Part shown: positions 38,122 through 50,368 of the stretch, one piece after another
Layout: each line of letters starts with the position of its first letter
Numbering within the stretch: the stretch's first letter is position 1
Source: Octopus vulgaris
Lineage: Eukaryota
NCBI GenBank assembly: GCA_951406725.2
Contig: OX597833.1
Location: 13,330,001-13,394,000 of the forward strand
Length of the DNA: 64,000 bases
Direction of reading: 5' to 3'
Made by a program: the position numbers and the translations under genes
Notes under the pieces: model-generated
Seen by the model: only the letters and a program-made list of their open reading frames with translations
What the model was told of the DNA's origin: nothing
The model's database searches: none

Positions 38122-38910
38122 ATTTTTTTTTATTGCCCACTAGGGGGCCAACATAGAGGGGACAACACAATCTGATTTTAGGGGTCAGATGAAGCATTAT
38201 GACATAATATTGAGATGCAATAAAAAATTTAATACAAGACATATAAACGTATGATAAACAAAAGACAAAACGAATGGAGGGGTGATTTGGGTTCAGCTCC
38301 GACCCCACGAGTCCCAATCCACCACTCATATCGGCAATGTACTCCTGACATGTTCACATGGCTTACATCCACTCGCAACACTTGTGCCACGTACTCCCAT
38401 CTATCGGTGAGCATTTTCTCTGACAGGCATCTCCTCTTCAGGTAATTTCTACTCTTCTCCTCTGGAAGCCATCTACTCGCAATACCAGAGGGCGCACACT
38501 CTCCTACCCTGATGAAATCTCCAGGGATACAGGCATCCAGCAACAGGACCTCCGTAATGCCATGATGGACCGTGAAGTCTGGCGTAGCATGGTAAATTCC
38601 ATTGTCTCGACCACGGTCGAACAATGATGATGATGATGATCAGCCACACTTTGCTTTTCAGACGAAACTCGAAGTATCTCTGAAGACCGAGGCCAGAGAT
38701 GAAGCTGCCTGTCGTTATTCCTTTCATTCTCGTCTTCCATACTGTCTCTTTCGCGATTTCTACCACTATGAGAAAACAGTTCTTACCTTCATTCGACAGG
38801 AAATCAGGTGGGTCAATTTTTAAAATTGACTCAGACGATAGCTGTACTCTTTCTGCACCAGACAACAGATGTTCCACATAAGCCTCCGGCGCCTCATAGC
38901 ACTGAACGGT
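38122..38910 (-). mobile_element. Tx1/L1-clade LINE 3' remnant (ORF2 C-terminus plus 3' UTR), split by an RTE fragment
   Basis: EHLLS..IAKETVWKTRMKG..FEFRLKSKVWL|KRRCLSEKMLTDRW rejoins in frame when 38441-38640 is removed; homologous to the 47513 ORF end. Confidence 0.75.
38441..38640 (+). mobile_element. RTE-type LINE 3' end
   Basis: LLWKPSTRNTRGRTLSYPDEISRDTG..LRNAMMDREVWRSMV..* followed by a (TGA)n tail. Confidence 0.8.
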
Positions 38911-38914
38911 TTTG

Positions 38915-39985
38915 TTTTATTATTGCCCCATACAGGCGCACAAAGAGGGGGACAACACAATATGAACGGGGTCATATCCAATCGTATGGGTTTAAAAATT
39001 TATAATGACAGATGATTAACGAATGGAACGCAAAAAAAACATTTACGTATACGAAAATAATACAACGAGGCATTAAAAACAGGTCAGCTTCGACCCCACG
39101 AGCCCTGTCTTTAATACCCATTTCTTTACTACCAACAAGGGGCTAAACACAGAGGGGACAAACAAGGACAGACATAGGTATTAAGTCGATTACATCGACC
39201 CCAGTGGGTAACTGGTACTTAATTTATCGACCCCGAAAGGATGAAAGGCAAAGTCGACCTCAGCGTAATTTGAACTCACAACGTAATGGCAGACGAAATA
39301 CCTATTTCTTTACTACCCACAAAGGGCTAAACACAGAGAGGACAAACAAGGACAGACAAACAGATTAAGTCGATTATATCGACCCCAGTGCGTAACTGGT
39401 ACTTATTTAATCGACCCCGAAAGGATGAAAGGCAAAGTCGACCTCGGCGGAATTTGAACTCAGAACGTAACGACAGACGAATTACGGCTACGCATTTCGC
39501 CCGGCGTGCTAACGTTTCTGCCAGCTCGCCCTGTCTTTAATACCGACACCTTGATAATCTTTCTGGCGTATTCACGCAGGGCCTTTCACTCTCAGCATAC
39601 GTGCCACACGCGTCCATTTTTTTTAAACACACGCTTTGACAGGCACCTCCTTTCCAGACCCACCTTCATTTTAAGGTGAAAGGTAAAAACATTCACCAGG
39701 GCGAGGCCGGAGACGAAGCTGTCTGTCACAATCCATTTTATCCTTGACTTCCATATCACCTCTAACGCAATTGCTATTACTACGAGAAAACAATTCCTTA
39801 CCTTCTTCCGTAATGAAATCCGTCGGGTTTAATGTTTAGAATTAATTCATGCGATAGCAGTACTCTTGTTCCATCTGACAACAGGTGTTCTGCGTAAACC
39901 CACACTTCTGAAATTCCCGGACACTGAACAATAGCGTGCGGGACGGTTTCCCTATCCCGTCCGCATCATAGACAGCTAGGTGACA
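38915..39985 (-). mobile_element. second Tx1/L1-clade 3' remnant with CCHC knuckle
   Basis: Minus-strand SCL*CGRDRETVPHAIVQCPGISEVWVYAEHLLS; its 3' UTR is interrupted by a SINE dimer. Confidence 0.8.
39119..39530 (-). mobile_element. Nin-domain-like SINE dimer with TSD
   Basis: gccctgtctttaatacc at 39102-39118 and 39528-39544. Confidence 0.95.
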
Positions 39986-40467
39986 CACTCAAACAAAACC
40001 AAAAAGTTCATTCCTCACAGGACGAGTCCAAATTTTCTAATACACTAAAGAAAAAAAAACCGAATTATTTCATTGTTAAACATGCAGGTGGCTGTTGTTA
40101 ATAGAAATTTTAACTCTCCGGTTTCGAATCCCCGTAAAACTAAATATTATTTACCACATTTAATTTTACTTCTATACACTTTCAGAAAAGTAAAAGAAAA
40201 CTTATGGTTGCAAAAAGGGATCACTCTAATAAATTTATTTAAAGTTTTAGGGCCCAAACTATTTAAGGATGGCAATGCTTAGTCTTGACTATTAATTCTG
40301 CCATGAAGGGAAATCATTATATATATATATATATATAATTTAAATAATGAGGGTGATAAATTGAATATTAATTTAATTAACATCAGTTTAAAACCAGTAG
40401 CCTAACATATAGAAAAATCTGAAGATTAAGAAAATTGTAATACATGTGTATAATTATTATACACATG

Positions 40468-40533
<66 letters not shown>

Positions 40534-40632
40534 GACAGAGACAGAGAGATACATACATACATACATACGTACATATATATGTATACGTATATATATGTGT
40601 GTATGTATGTATAATTATATAGAGAATCAAAA

Positions 40633-40674
<42 letters not shown>

Positions 40675-40676
<2 letters not shown>

Positions 40677-41057
40677 TCTTTTACTCTTTTACTTGTTTCA
40701 GTCCTTTGACTGCGGCCATGCTGGAGCACCGCCTTTAGTCGAGCAAATCGACCTCAGGACTTATTCTTTGTAAGCCCAGTACTTATTCTATCGGTCTCTT
40801 TTGCCGAACCGCTAAGTGACGGCGACGTAAACACACCAGCATCGGTTGTCAAGCAATGCTAGGGGGACAAACACACACACATATATACATATACATATAT
40901 ACGACGGGCTTCTTTTCAGTTTCCGTCTACCAAATCCACTCACAAGGCTTTGGTCGGCCCGAGGCTATAGCAGAAGACACTTGTCCAAGGTGCCACGCAA
41001 TGGGACTGAACCTGGAACCATGTGGTTGGTAAGCAATCTCCTTACCACACAGCCACA
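40675..41057 (-). mobile_element. CORE-like SINE
   Basis: Family match. Confidence 0.9.
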
Positions 41058-41594
41058 TATTTCGTTTTTGGATTTGGTTTGCAAGATTCTTTATATGAGT
41101 TCGTGTGTTGAAGCATATTCTGTTGTGTCTGGGGAGAGTCATTTTCTTTTCGTGCCTTATAATGTAACACACTCACCGGTAAAATTTCCACTTATTTCTT
41201 ATTTTTATTTTCCTAAAATATTCGTTGCGTCTTGCAACCTTTTCAATAGTCTTGACTCTATCCGTTATTTACACTGCGTTCCTTTTTGTTTGTTTGTGCG
41301 CATGTGTGTGGGTTAGTGTGTGTGTGCCTATGCATGCATGCACGTACGTATGTATGTATGTGTTGATGTGTGTATTTATGTATCCATGTGTGTGTATGTA
41401 TATATGTGTGTGTGTATGTATATATATGTATGTGTGTGCATCTGTATGTATGTATTCTGCATATTCATGTGCTTGTATGTCCGTATTTGTGTATTTGTTA
41501 TGTGTGTGTGAGAGAGCGTGTGTTTGTATATGTATCACCTCTAACTCCTTGTGTGTGCATGTGTGTTGTGCAACTATTATTATTATTATTATTA

Positions 41595-41968
41595 CAAACA
41601 AGGACAGATAGACGGATCAAGTCGATTATATCGACCCCAGTGCGTAACTGGTACTTTTTTAATCGACCCCGAAAGGATGATAGGCAAAGTCGACCTCGGC
41701 GGAATTTGAACTCAGAACGTAGCGGCAGACGAAATACCTATTTCTTTACTACCCAGAAGGGGCTAAATATAGAGAGGACAGACAAGGACAGACAAAGGGA
41801 TTAAGTCGATTATATCGACCTCAGTGCGTAACTGGTACTTTTTTAATCGACCCCGAAAGGATGAAAGGCAAAGTCGACCTCGGCGGAATTTGAACGCAGA
41901 ACGTAACGGCAGACAAAATACTGCTAATATTTCGCCTGGCGTGCTAACGTTTCTGCCAGCTCGCCGCC
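41595..41968 (-). mobile_element. Nin-domain-like SINE dimer
   Basis: Family match with the standard junction. Confidence 0.9.
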
Positions 41969-42161
41969 TTGGAGTGCATTATTAATGTTTACAGTCCCTA
42001 CCTATTATTGCCATTTCCCTTAATATGCCAATGCCAAGCCTTTGGTAATCCGTCATTCTGTTTGTGCAAATAATAAACAGAATAACAGACTCATTTCTCA
42101 CCTACCATTACGTTTTCAGTTCAACATTTAGGACGATGTCATTTTTGTTTTCTTTTAATTT

Positions 42162-42168
<7 letters not shown>

Positions 42169-42208
<40 letters not shown>

Positions 42209-42601
42209 TGGCAATCCCTCAAGGTCGAGGATGATGGTCTTCGCGCAAATTTATTGGTGAGTCCGCAGGTGACTGATAAGACCAATTCTTGCTCGAAAAG
42301 ATCGGTCACAGTGCGGACATCTAGTGCCGGAAGGGAGAGTCGCACGTGGTTGTTGTTGGCGCTCCTTCCGTCGTCGTCTTTTCTCCTCCAGCTCTGCAGA
42401 CCTTTTCGACTCGAAATTCGCCGTTCCCTCATGGATGATGGTTTTCCAGAGTGGTCTGTTTTTTGCCGTTTCCTCCCAGTTAGTGAAGTCGATGTCACAC
42501 TTTTTGAGGTTCGTTTTCAGGGAGTCCTTGTAGCGTTTCTTCTGGCCTCCTTTTGTACGCTTGCCGTCTTTGAGTTGGGAGTAGCAGATCTGTTTGGGAA
42601 C
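42169..42601 (-). mobile_element. 5'-truncated young RTE-clade LINE
   Basis: PKQICYSQLKDGKRTKGGQKKRYKDSLK..WEETAKNRPLW..CPHCDRSFRARIGLISHLRTH* plus a (TAG)n tail; TSD taattttactact at 42156 and 42602. Confidence 0.92.
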
Positions 42602-42726
42602 TAATTTTACTACTCGTTTGTACACAGCGTTATAATCATTTGGTATTTTTAAGTTATCAATTAGTGCGTTCTTGTCATTTATTGCCATGGAGACTGATAC
42701 CAATCTTACTAATTAGTACTTCGTGT

Positions 42727-43195
42727 GAGGGCGCGTGGCTAAGTGGTTAGGGGCATTCGGCTCATGATCGTAAGGTTGTGAGTTCGATTCCCGGCGACGC
42801 GTTGTGTCCTTGAGCAAGACACTTTATTTCACATTGCCCCAGTCCACTCAGCAGGCAAAAATGAGTACCTGTATTTCAAAAGGGCCAGCCTTGTCACACT
42901 CTGTGTCACGCTGAATCTCCCCAAGAACTACGTTAAGGGTACACGTGTCTGTGGAGTGCTCAGCCGCTTGCACGTCCATTTCACGAGCAGTCCTTCGCAG
43001 GTGAGCTGCAAGATGCAGGAGGAAAGAGTGAGAGAAAGTTGTGGCGAAAGAGCCAGCAGAAGATCGCCATTACCTTCTGACGGAGCTGCGTGGAGATTAG
43101 GAGTTTCGCTTATAAACACACACATCGCCCGGTCTCAGATTCGAACCCGCGATCCCTCAACCGCTGTTCTAACCACTATGCCATGTGCCTCCACT
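42727..43195. mobile_element. two SINEs fused tail-to-tail (V-like on + to about 42990; tRNA-Arg OR-like on - from about 42995)
   Basis: Heads face outward at both ends; both tails are truncated at the junction. Confidence 0.8.
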
Positions 43196-43269
43196 ATATT
43201 ATGACTAGAACGTACTAAATAATTATTAGATTCTTGTCGAGGAGTAAGATCTTGCGGGCGTTACTAATT

Positions 43270-43700
43270 TCTTAAGCAATTTCGTATGTCTTCTGTGAAT
43301 TTAGTTTCGGGGTTTGTATCCAATATTTCTGAACCAACTGATAACGATTGTTGCTCCCATTTCGAGGCCTAATTCCAGCTCTGATGTAAATGTTGATATT
43401 TCGTAAGATATTGCTTATCAACCTCATTTCTATTTTCGCTGGGTTTATTAATCTACATTTAGGGTTATTTGCGACGTCTACCTTGTGATCCTTTAAAGTG
43501 AGATAAGCCACATATTCAAACCTCTTATCTCAGTTAATTTACACAGTTATGTCCTTGTCCTCCTCATAAGTTATTTCTGTGATTATTAGTTGTTTTCTGA
43601 AGAAGAAGTTGTTATGTTTATTCTCCTCTGTTTCATAGAGGTTATTGGTCTTATCAGAGAGAGAGAGAGAGAGAGCGAACGCATTATTCGAAAACCTGAA
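43270..43700 (-). mobile_element. Penelope-like element RT N-terminal remnant
   Basis: SDKTNNLY... and AYLTLKDHK..NNPKCRLINPAK motifs typical of GIY-YIG PLE reverse transcriptases. Confidence 0.7.
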
Positions 43701-43790
43701 CTTCATTACATCAACGTTACACTTACGAAAGATAATGTTTACTGTTAAGTAGAAGAGAATGGCTTTGGAGACACGAGTTCCTATAATACT

Positions 43791-44020
43791 TATTTCTTTA
43801 CTACCCACAAGGGGCTAAACACAGAGAGGACAAACAAGGACAGAAAACGGATCAAGTCGATTATATCGACCCCAGTGTTTCACTGGTACTTAATTTATCG
43901 ACCCCGAAAGGATGAAAGGCAAAGTCGACCTCGGCAGAATTTGAACTCAGAACGTAATAGCAGACAAAATACGGCTACGCATTTCGCCCGGTGTGCTAAC
44001 GTTTCTGCCAGCTCGCCGCC
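43791..44020 (-). mobile_element. Nin-domain-like SINE monomer with TSD
   Basis: cctataatact on both sides. Confidence 0.95.
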
Positions 44021-44061
44021 TATAATACTGTTGAGTGGCAAGGTATGGTTCTCGGTTTATA

Positions 44062-44873
44062 GGCGGCGAGCTGGCACAGACGTTAGCACGCCGGGCGAAA
44101 CGCCTAGCGGTATTTCGTCTGCCGTTACGTTCTGAGTTCAAATTCCGCCGAAGTCGACTATGCCTTTCATCCTTTCAGGGTCGATAAATAAAGAATCAGT
44201 TACTATCTGAGGTCGATGTAATGGACTTAATCCGTTTGTCTGTCCTTGTTTGTCCTCTCTGTAGTTAACCCCTTGAGGGTAGTAAAGAAATAAGAAACGT
44301 TAGCACGCCGGGCGAAATGCTTAGCGGTATTTCGCCGTTATGTTCTGAGTTCAAATTCCGCCGAGGTCGACTTTGCCTTTCATCGTTTCGGGGTCGATTA
44401 AAAAAGTACCAGTTACGCACTGGGGTCGATATAATCGACTTAATCCGTTTGTCTGTCCTTGTTTGTCCCCTCTATGTTTAGCCCCTTGTGGGTAATAAAG
44501 AAATAGATATTTCGTCTGCCGTTACGTTCTGAGTTCAAATTCCGCCGAGGTCGACTTTGCCTTTCATCCTTTCAGGGTCGATTAAATAAGTACCAGTTAC
44601 TCACTGGGGTCGATGTAATCGACTTAATCCGTTTGTCTGTCCTTGATTGTCCCCTCTGTGTGTAGCCCCTTGTGGGTAGTAAAGAAATAGGTATTTCGTC
44701 TGCCGTTACGTTCTGAGTTCAAATTCCCCCGAGGTCGACTTTGTCTTTCAGCCTTTCAGGGTCAATTAAATAAGTACCAGTTAAGCACTGGGGTCGATGT
44801 AATCGACTTAATCCGTTTGTCTGTCCTTGATTGTCCCCTCTGTGTGTAGCCCCATGTGGGTAGTAAAGAAATA
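44062..44873 (+). mobile_element. Nin-domain-like SINE tetramer
   Basis: Junctions gaaata|agaaacg, gaaata|gatattt, gaaata|ggtattt; ends gaaata|ggtatt. Confidence 0.95.
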
Positions 44874-45127
44874 GGTATTCACGTGGCTAACATGAACCTT
44901 ATGCTACATATCTGTATTTCACAAGAACAGTGTAGAGATATATTTACCGCTGTGTTTCAATCACAATATATGTGTGTGTGTAATAATCTTTTATATGTTT
45001 CATAAGGTGTGACTATATATGGTATATGTGTGTATGAGTGCTTTGTATGGATGTATATGTTTGAGCGCGTGTGCTTTTGTGTGTATGGCATGTGCATACG
45101 TCGCTCAAAAGCCCAAATGGGAGCAAG

Positions 45128-45604
45128 TGAGAGAGAGAGAGAGAGAGAGAAAGGGAGGGAAGGAGAGAGAGAGAAAGGGAGAGAAGGAGAGAGAGAGAGA
45201 AAGGGAGAGAAGGAGAGAGAGAGAAAGGGAGAGAAGGAGAGAGAGAGCGAGAGAGAGAGAGAGAGAAAGGGAGAGAAGGAAAGAGAGAGAGAAAGGGAGA
45301 GAAGGAGAGAGAGAGAGAGAGAGAGAGAGAAAGGGAGAGAAGGAGAGAGAGAGAGCGAGAGAGAGAGAGAAAGGGAGAGAAGGAGAGAGAGAGCGAGAGA
45401 GAGAGAAAGGGAGAGAAGGAGAGAGAGAGCGAGAGAGAGAGAGAGAAAGGGAGAGAAGGAGAGAGAGAAAGGGAGAGAAGGAGAGAGAGAGAGAAAGGGA
45501 GAGAAGGAGAGAGAGAGAGAGAAAGGGAGAGAAGGAGAGAGAGAGAGAAAGGGAGAAAAGGAGAGAGAGAGAGAAAGGGAGAGAAGGAGAGAGAGAGAGA
45601 GAGG
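45128..45604. repeat. polypurine (GA)n satellite
   Basis: aaagggagagaagga(ga)n units. Confidence 0.95.
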
Positions 45605-46465
45605 GTGGAGTAGCGTACATGTATAGGTACGTATGCTATCTTTCTTTTTGTCAAATATTTAAATTCTTCCTATCATAAAGAATCGGGTTTCTTACAAAGA
45701 AACAGAGTTCCGTGACTGGCACATAGATAACATAAAATGATAAATGGTACTTGTTGAAATTTAGAAAAGTCTTAAATAATTTTACTAGTCTGCTTAAAGA
45801 ATGTGTTGGCTTCGTGCATATTACCTGGTTGCTTTCTTAATCTGAAATCTGGAGTTTTTCAAAATTTTCATCACGTAGCCATTGGCTGACATGGCCGAGA
45901 TCGTCAGTAATTATTAGATATAAATGTGTTCGCTATGTGCAACACAAGTACCAGTAGTTTAAAACAGTAGCAGTTTAAATTAGTAGCAGTTTCAAATAGC
46001 AATCTCAGCAACATACTTAAAGTAGATATGTCATGAGAAGTTTTGTATGCGGATACAAAAGCAGTTATATCGTGAAAAGTTTTTTTAAGCATGATATGCT
46101 GATTGATATTTTAAACTAAAACTGCGATTTTGTTGCACACAATGAATTTTTATTCAGCCCAACAGCTACTTTGCAACATCAGGGATTGTTAATCGTTGTT
46201 TTGCCACATCATTAGCAATGGATTTTATCTTATCATGCTGTTGCTACTGAGTACTTGCTACTGACGAAGCCCGAAGATGTTGAAATGTGCATTCAGCAAT
46301 GCAAACACTGCCGCTGAGCAGTTTCCGTCTGCTACTGATATATTTTTATGCTTTTTAACACTGTACTATCTCAGGACAAATACCACAGTGAATTAGGCTT
46401 CCGATAACGTATATACATTAAGTATGATACGCAGATCACTCGTTTAAACTAATACTACTTCTTAC

Positions 46466-46917
46466 TTTTTTATTACCCACAAGGGTCTAAACATAGAGGG
46501 GACAAACGACAGACAAAGGGATTAAGTCGATTACATTGACCCCAAGGCGTAACTGGTACTTAATTTATCGATCCCAAAAGGATGAAAGGCAAAGTCGACA
46601 TCGGCGGAGTTTGAACTCAGAACGTAAAAGTCAGACAAAATACCCATTTCTTTACTACCCACAAGGACAGACAGACGGATTAAGTCGATTATATCGACCC
46701 CAGTGCGTAACTGGTACTTAATTTATCGACCCCGAAAGGATGAAAGGCAAAGTCGACCTCGGCGAAGTTTGAACTCAGAACGTAAAGTCACACGAAATAC
46801 CTATTTCTTTACTACCCACAAGGACAGACAAACGGATTAAGTCGATTATATCGACCCTAGTGCGTAACTGGTACTTAATTCATCGACCCCGAAAGGATGA
46901 AAGGCAAAGTCGACCTA
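46466..46917 (-). mobile_element. Nin-domain-like SINE trimer (shortened tails)
   Basis: Family match. Confidence 0.9.
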
Positions 46918-47122
46918 TATATAATATAATTCGAGACAAAACCACTATTTTAAAACCAAACAAGGAAAGACTTAATCAATACATAGAATTTTAATATAAA
47001 TTAAATAAAATAAATAAATGAAATAAATAATTTATTTAATTTATATTAAAATTTTATGTATTGATTAAGTCTTTCCTTGTTTGGTTTTAAAATAGTGGTT
47101 TTGTCTCGAATTATATTATATA
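46918..47122. repeat. long inverted repeat (arms about 90 bp, spacer about 20 nt); second copy at about 52675-52870
   Basis: tataattcgagacaaaaccactatt... versus ...aatagtggttttgtctcgaattata. Confidence 0.95.
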
Positions 47123-47196
47123 ATATTTTACTATAAAATTGGATTTAACCCTAAATCTGATTTTTCCCTGTAATTTTGGATTCATTCCCTAATATT

Positions 47197-47259
<63 letters not shown>

Positions 47260-47351
47260 ACAAGGTCCCGGGTTCAGTACCACGGCGTATAGTATCTTCT
47301 ACTATAGCCTCGAGCCGACCAAAGCCTTGTGAGTGGATTTGGTAGACGGAA

Positions 47352-48095
47352 CCCAACCAAATTCACAGAAATATCAATGTAAAAAGGGAAAACAGAGTAG
47401 TTTTATCCGTGAAAAGAAAAGCCTACGGAAACACCACGGTAACCTTGGGCAAGAATGTCATACAAAAAGCACATTACAGTAAATGTCTCTCTTTTTCCTT
47501 TCTTTTTTTCGTTCATAGGATCATGCTCAAGGTGGCTTTGTCATTCATACGTGCCATCCTTGCTACATTCACCCATCTTTTTTTAAAACATTCGCTAGAC
47601 AAAACTTGCCTCTTTACTCTCAATTTCCACTTCAAGTGATACTTGAAGAAGTTGATGAGAGGTTGACCAGAGAGGAAAGTGTTTGTCTCCAATCCTTTCA
47701 GATGCGTCCACCAGATACATTCTTTCGCCATAGTTGGTGGTGGTCGTGGCAGAGTTGTCCGTAGTATACGTTGACTGTGAAGGTGTGGTCTGGGTTCTTC
47801 CAATTCTTCGTGTGTCGGCGTCCATGCTCGCACGTGCACCTGTCTCACTCCTCCCCTTCTTTTCCTCCCTCGTGAAGCAGTGGGGAAGGGGAGGGTAGGG
47901 AAATCAACGTCGTAAGCGTTGTCAAGGAGACCACCGTTCTTCTCGAAGAACGACTTCATGGCTTTGAAGTCGCCATGCTCAAAGCAGAAAATGGCTAGGA
48001 AAGCCGAAGACGAATTTACAAAATGGGGAAACACGCCACACAAAGGCAGGTTTCCCGTGCAAAGAATTTGCGCAACCGAATGTATTTATTAGTTG
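47352..48095 (-). mobile_element. internally deleted Tx1/L1-like element (ORF2 C-terminus fused to an upstream segment); copy at 53655-54410
   Basis: AKECIWWTHLKG..FFKYHLKRKVRVKRQVLSSECFKKRW aligns by eye with the 38.3-39.9 kb Tx1 ends. Confidence 0.65.
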
Positions 48096-48100
48096 TTGCA

Positions 48101-50368
48101 CAATAGACGTCATTGATTATTTGAAATTGCAGAAGAAAAAACAGCAAATATCTTACAAACTCTAGAATTTACTGAATAAAGCCAAGAGAAAAAAATGTTT
48201 TATTTTGACACATTCTACAAGTATACGAAGTTAAAAATGTTTTTGAGAAGAACGGTGGTCTCCTTGACAACGCTTCACAGGTGTATGTGTGAGCCTGGAC
48301 GCCGACACACGGAAAATTGGTGGTGTTGGTTGTGGTGGTGGTGGTGATGATGGTGGTGGTGGTGGTGGCCATAGTGGTGGTGGTGGTGGTGGAGTTGGTG
48401 ATGGTGGTGGAGATGGTGGTGGTGGTGATGGTGGTGGTGGTGGAGGTGGTGATGGTGGTGGAGATGGTGGTGGTGATGATGGTGGTGGTGGTGGAGTTGG
48501 TGATGGTGATGGTGGGGGTGATGGTGGGGGTGATGATGGTGGTGGTGGTGTTGGTGGTGGTGATGGTGGTGATGGTGGTGGTGGTGATGGTGGTGGTGGT
48601 GGTGATGGTGGTGGTGGTGGAGGCGGCGATAGTGGTGGTGGTGGTTGTGGTGGCGGTGATGGTGGCGGCGATGGTGGTAATGATGATGGTGGTGATGGTG
48701 GTGGTTGTGGCGGCAACGGTGGTGGTGATGGTGGCGGCGATGGTGGTGGTGATGGTGGTGGTGGTGGTGGTGGTGGTGGTGATGATGATGGTGGTGGTGA
48801 TGGTGGCAGTAGTGATGATGGTGGTGGTGGGGTTGGTGATGGTGGTTGTGGAGAGGTTGGTGGTGGTGGTGATGGTGGTGGTGGTGGTGATGGTGGTGGT
48901 GGTGGTGGTGGTGGTGGTGGTGGTAGGGGCGATGATGGTGGTGGTGGTGGTGGTGGTGGCGGCGATGGTGGTGGTCATAGTGACGACGATGGTGGTGGTG
49001 ATGGAGGTGGTGGTGATGGTGAAGGTGGTGGTGGTGGTGGCGGTGATGGTGGTGATGGTGGTGGTGATGGTGGTGGTGATGGTGGTGGTGAAGGTGGTGG
49101 TGGTGGCGGTGATAGTGGTGGTGATGGTGGCGGCGATGATGGTGGTGATGGTGGTGGTGAAGGTGGTGGTGGTGGTGGTGGTGGCGGTGATGGTGGTGGT
49201 GATGGTGGCGGCGATGGTGGTGGTGTGGTGGTGGTGATGGTGGTGGTGATGGTGATGGTGGTGGTGGCGGTGATGGTGGTGGTGGTGGTGGCGGTGATGG
49301 TGGTGGTGATGGTGGCGGCGATGGTGGTGGTGGTGGTGGTGGTGATGGTGGTGGTGATGGTGGTGGTGGTGGTGGCGGTGATGGTGGTGGTGATGGTGGT
49401 GGTGATGGTGGTGGTGAAGGTGGTGGTGAAGGTGGTGGTGGCGGTGATAGTGGTGGTGATGGTGGCGGCGATGGTGGTGGTGATGGTGGTGGTGAAGGTG
49501 GTGGTGAAGGTGGTGGTGGTGGTGATGGTGGCGGCAATGGTGGTGGTGATGGTGGTGGTGATGGTGTTGGTGGTGGTGTTGGTGATGGTGGTGGTGATGG
49601 TGGTGGTGATGGTGGTGGTGAAGTTGGTGGTGGTGGCGGTGATGGTAGTGGTGATGGTGGCGGCGATGGTGGTGGTGATGGTGATGGTGGTGGTGGTGGC
49701 GGCGATGGTGGTGGTGGCGGCGATGCTGGTGGTGATGGCGGCGGCGATGGTGGTGGTGATGGTGGTGGTGATGGTGGTGGTGGTGGTGAAGGTGGTGGTG
49801 GTGGTGGCGGTGATGGGGTGGTGATGGTGGCGGCGATGGTGGTGGTGGTGGTGGTGGCGGTGATGATGGTGGTGATGGTGGCGGCGATGGTGGTGGTGAT
49901 GGTGGTGGTGATGGTGGTTGCGGCGATGGTGGTGGGAATAGTGGCGGTGATGGTGGTGGTGATGGTGGTGGTGATGGTGGTGGTCGTGGTGGTTGTGGTG
50001 GTCGTGGCAGAGTTGTCCGTAGTAGTCTTTGACTGTGAAATTGTCGTCTGGGTTCTTCCAATTCTTCGTGTGTCGGCGTCCATTTTCGCACGTGCACCTG
50101 TCTCCCTCCTCCCCTTCTTTCCCTCCCTCGTGAAGCAGTGGGGAAGGGAAGGGTAGGGAAATCAACGTCGTCAGCGTTGTCAAGGAGACCACCGTTCTTC
50201 TCGAAGAACGACTTCATGGCTTTGAAGTTGCCATGCTCAAAGCAGAAAATGGCTAGGAAAGCCGAAGACGAATTTACAAAATGGGGAAACACGCCACACA
50301 AAGGCAGGTTTCCCGTGCAAAGAATTTGCACAACCGAATGTATTTTGTATTTATTAGTTGTTGCACAA
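48101..50368. repeat. macrosatellite unit with an approximately 1.7-kb degenerate (GGT/GAT)n core
   Basis: MITE-derived piece + inverted segment + GGT array + approximately 370-bp core. Confidence 0.95.

Noticed and set aside
42602-42703. N-terminal extension of the 150-aa ORF as a C2H2 zinc-finger gene
   Set aside because: The extension lies outside the TSD; the finger is the standard RTE C-terminal motif.
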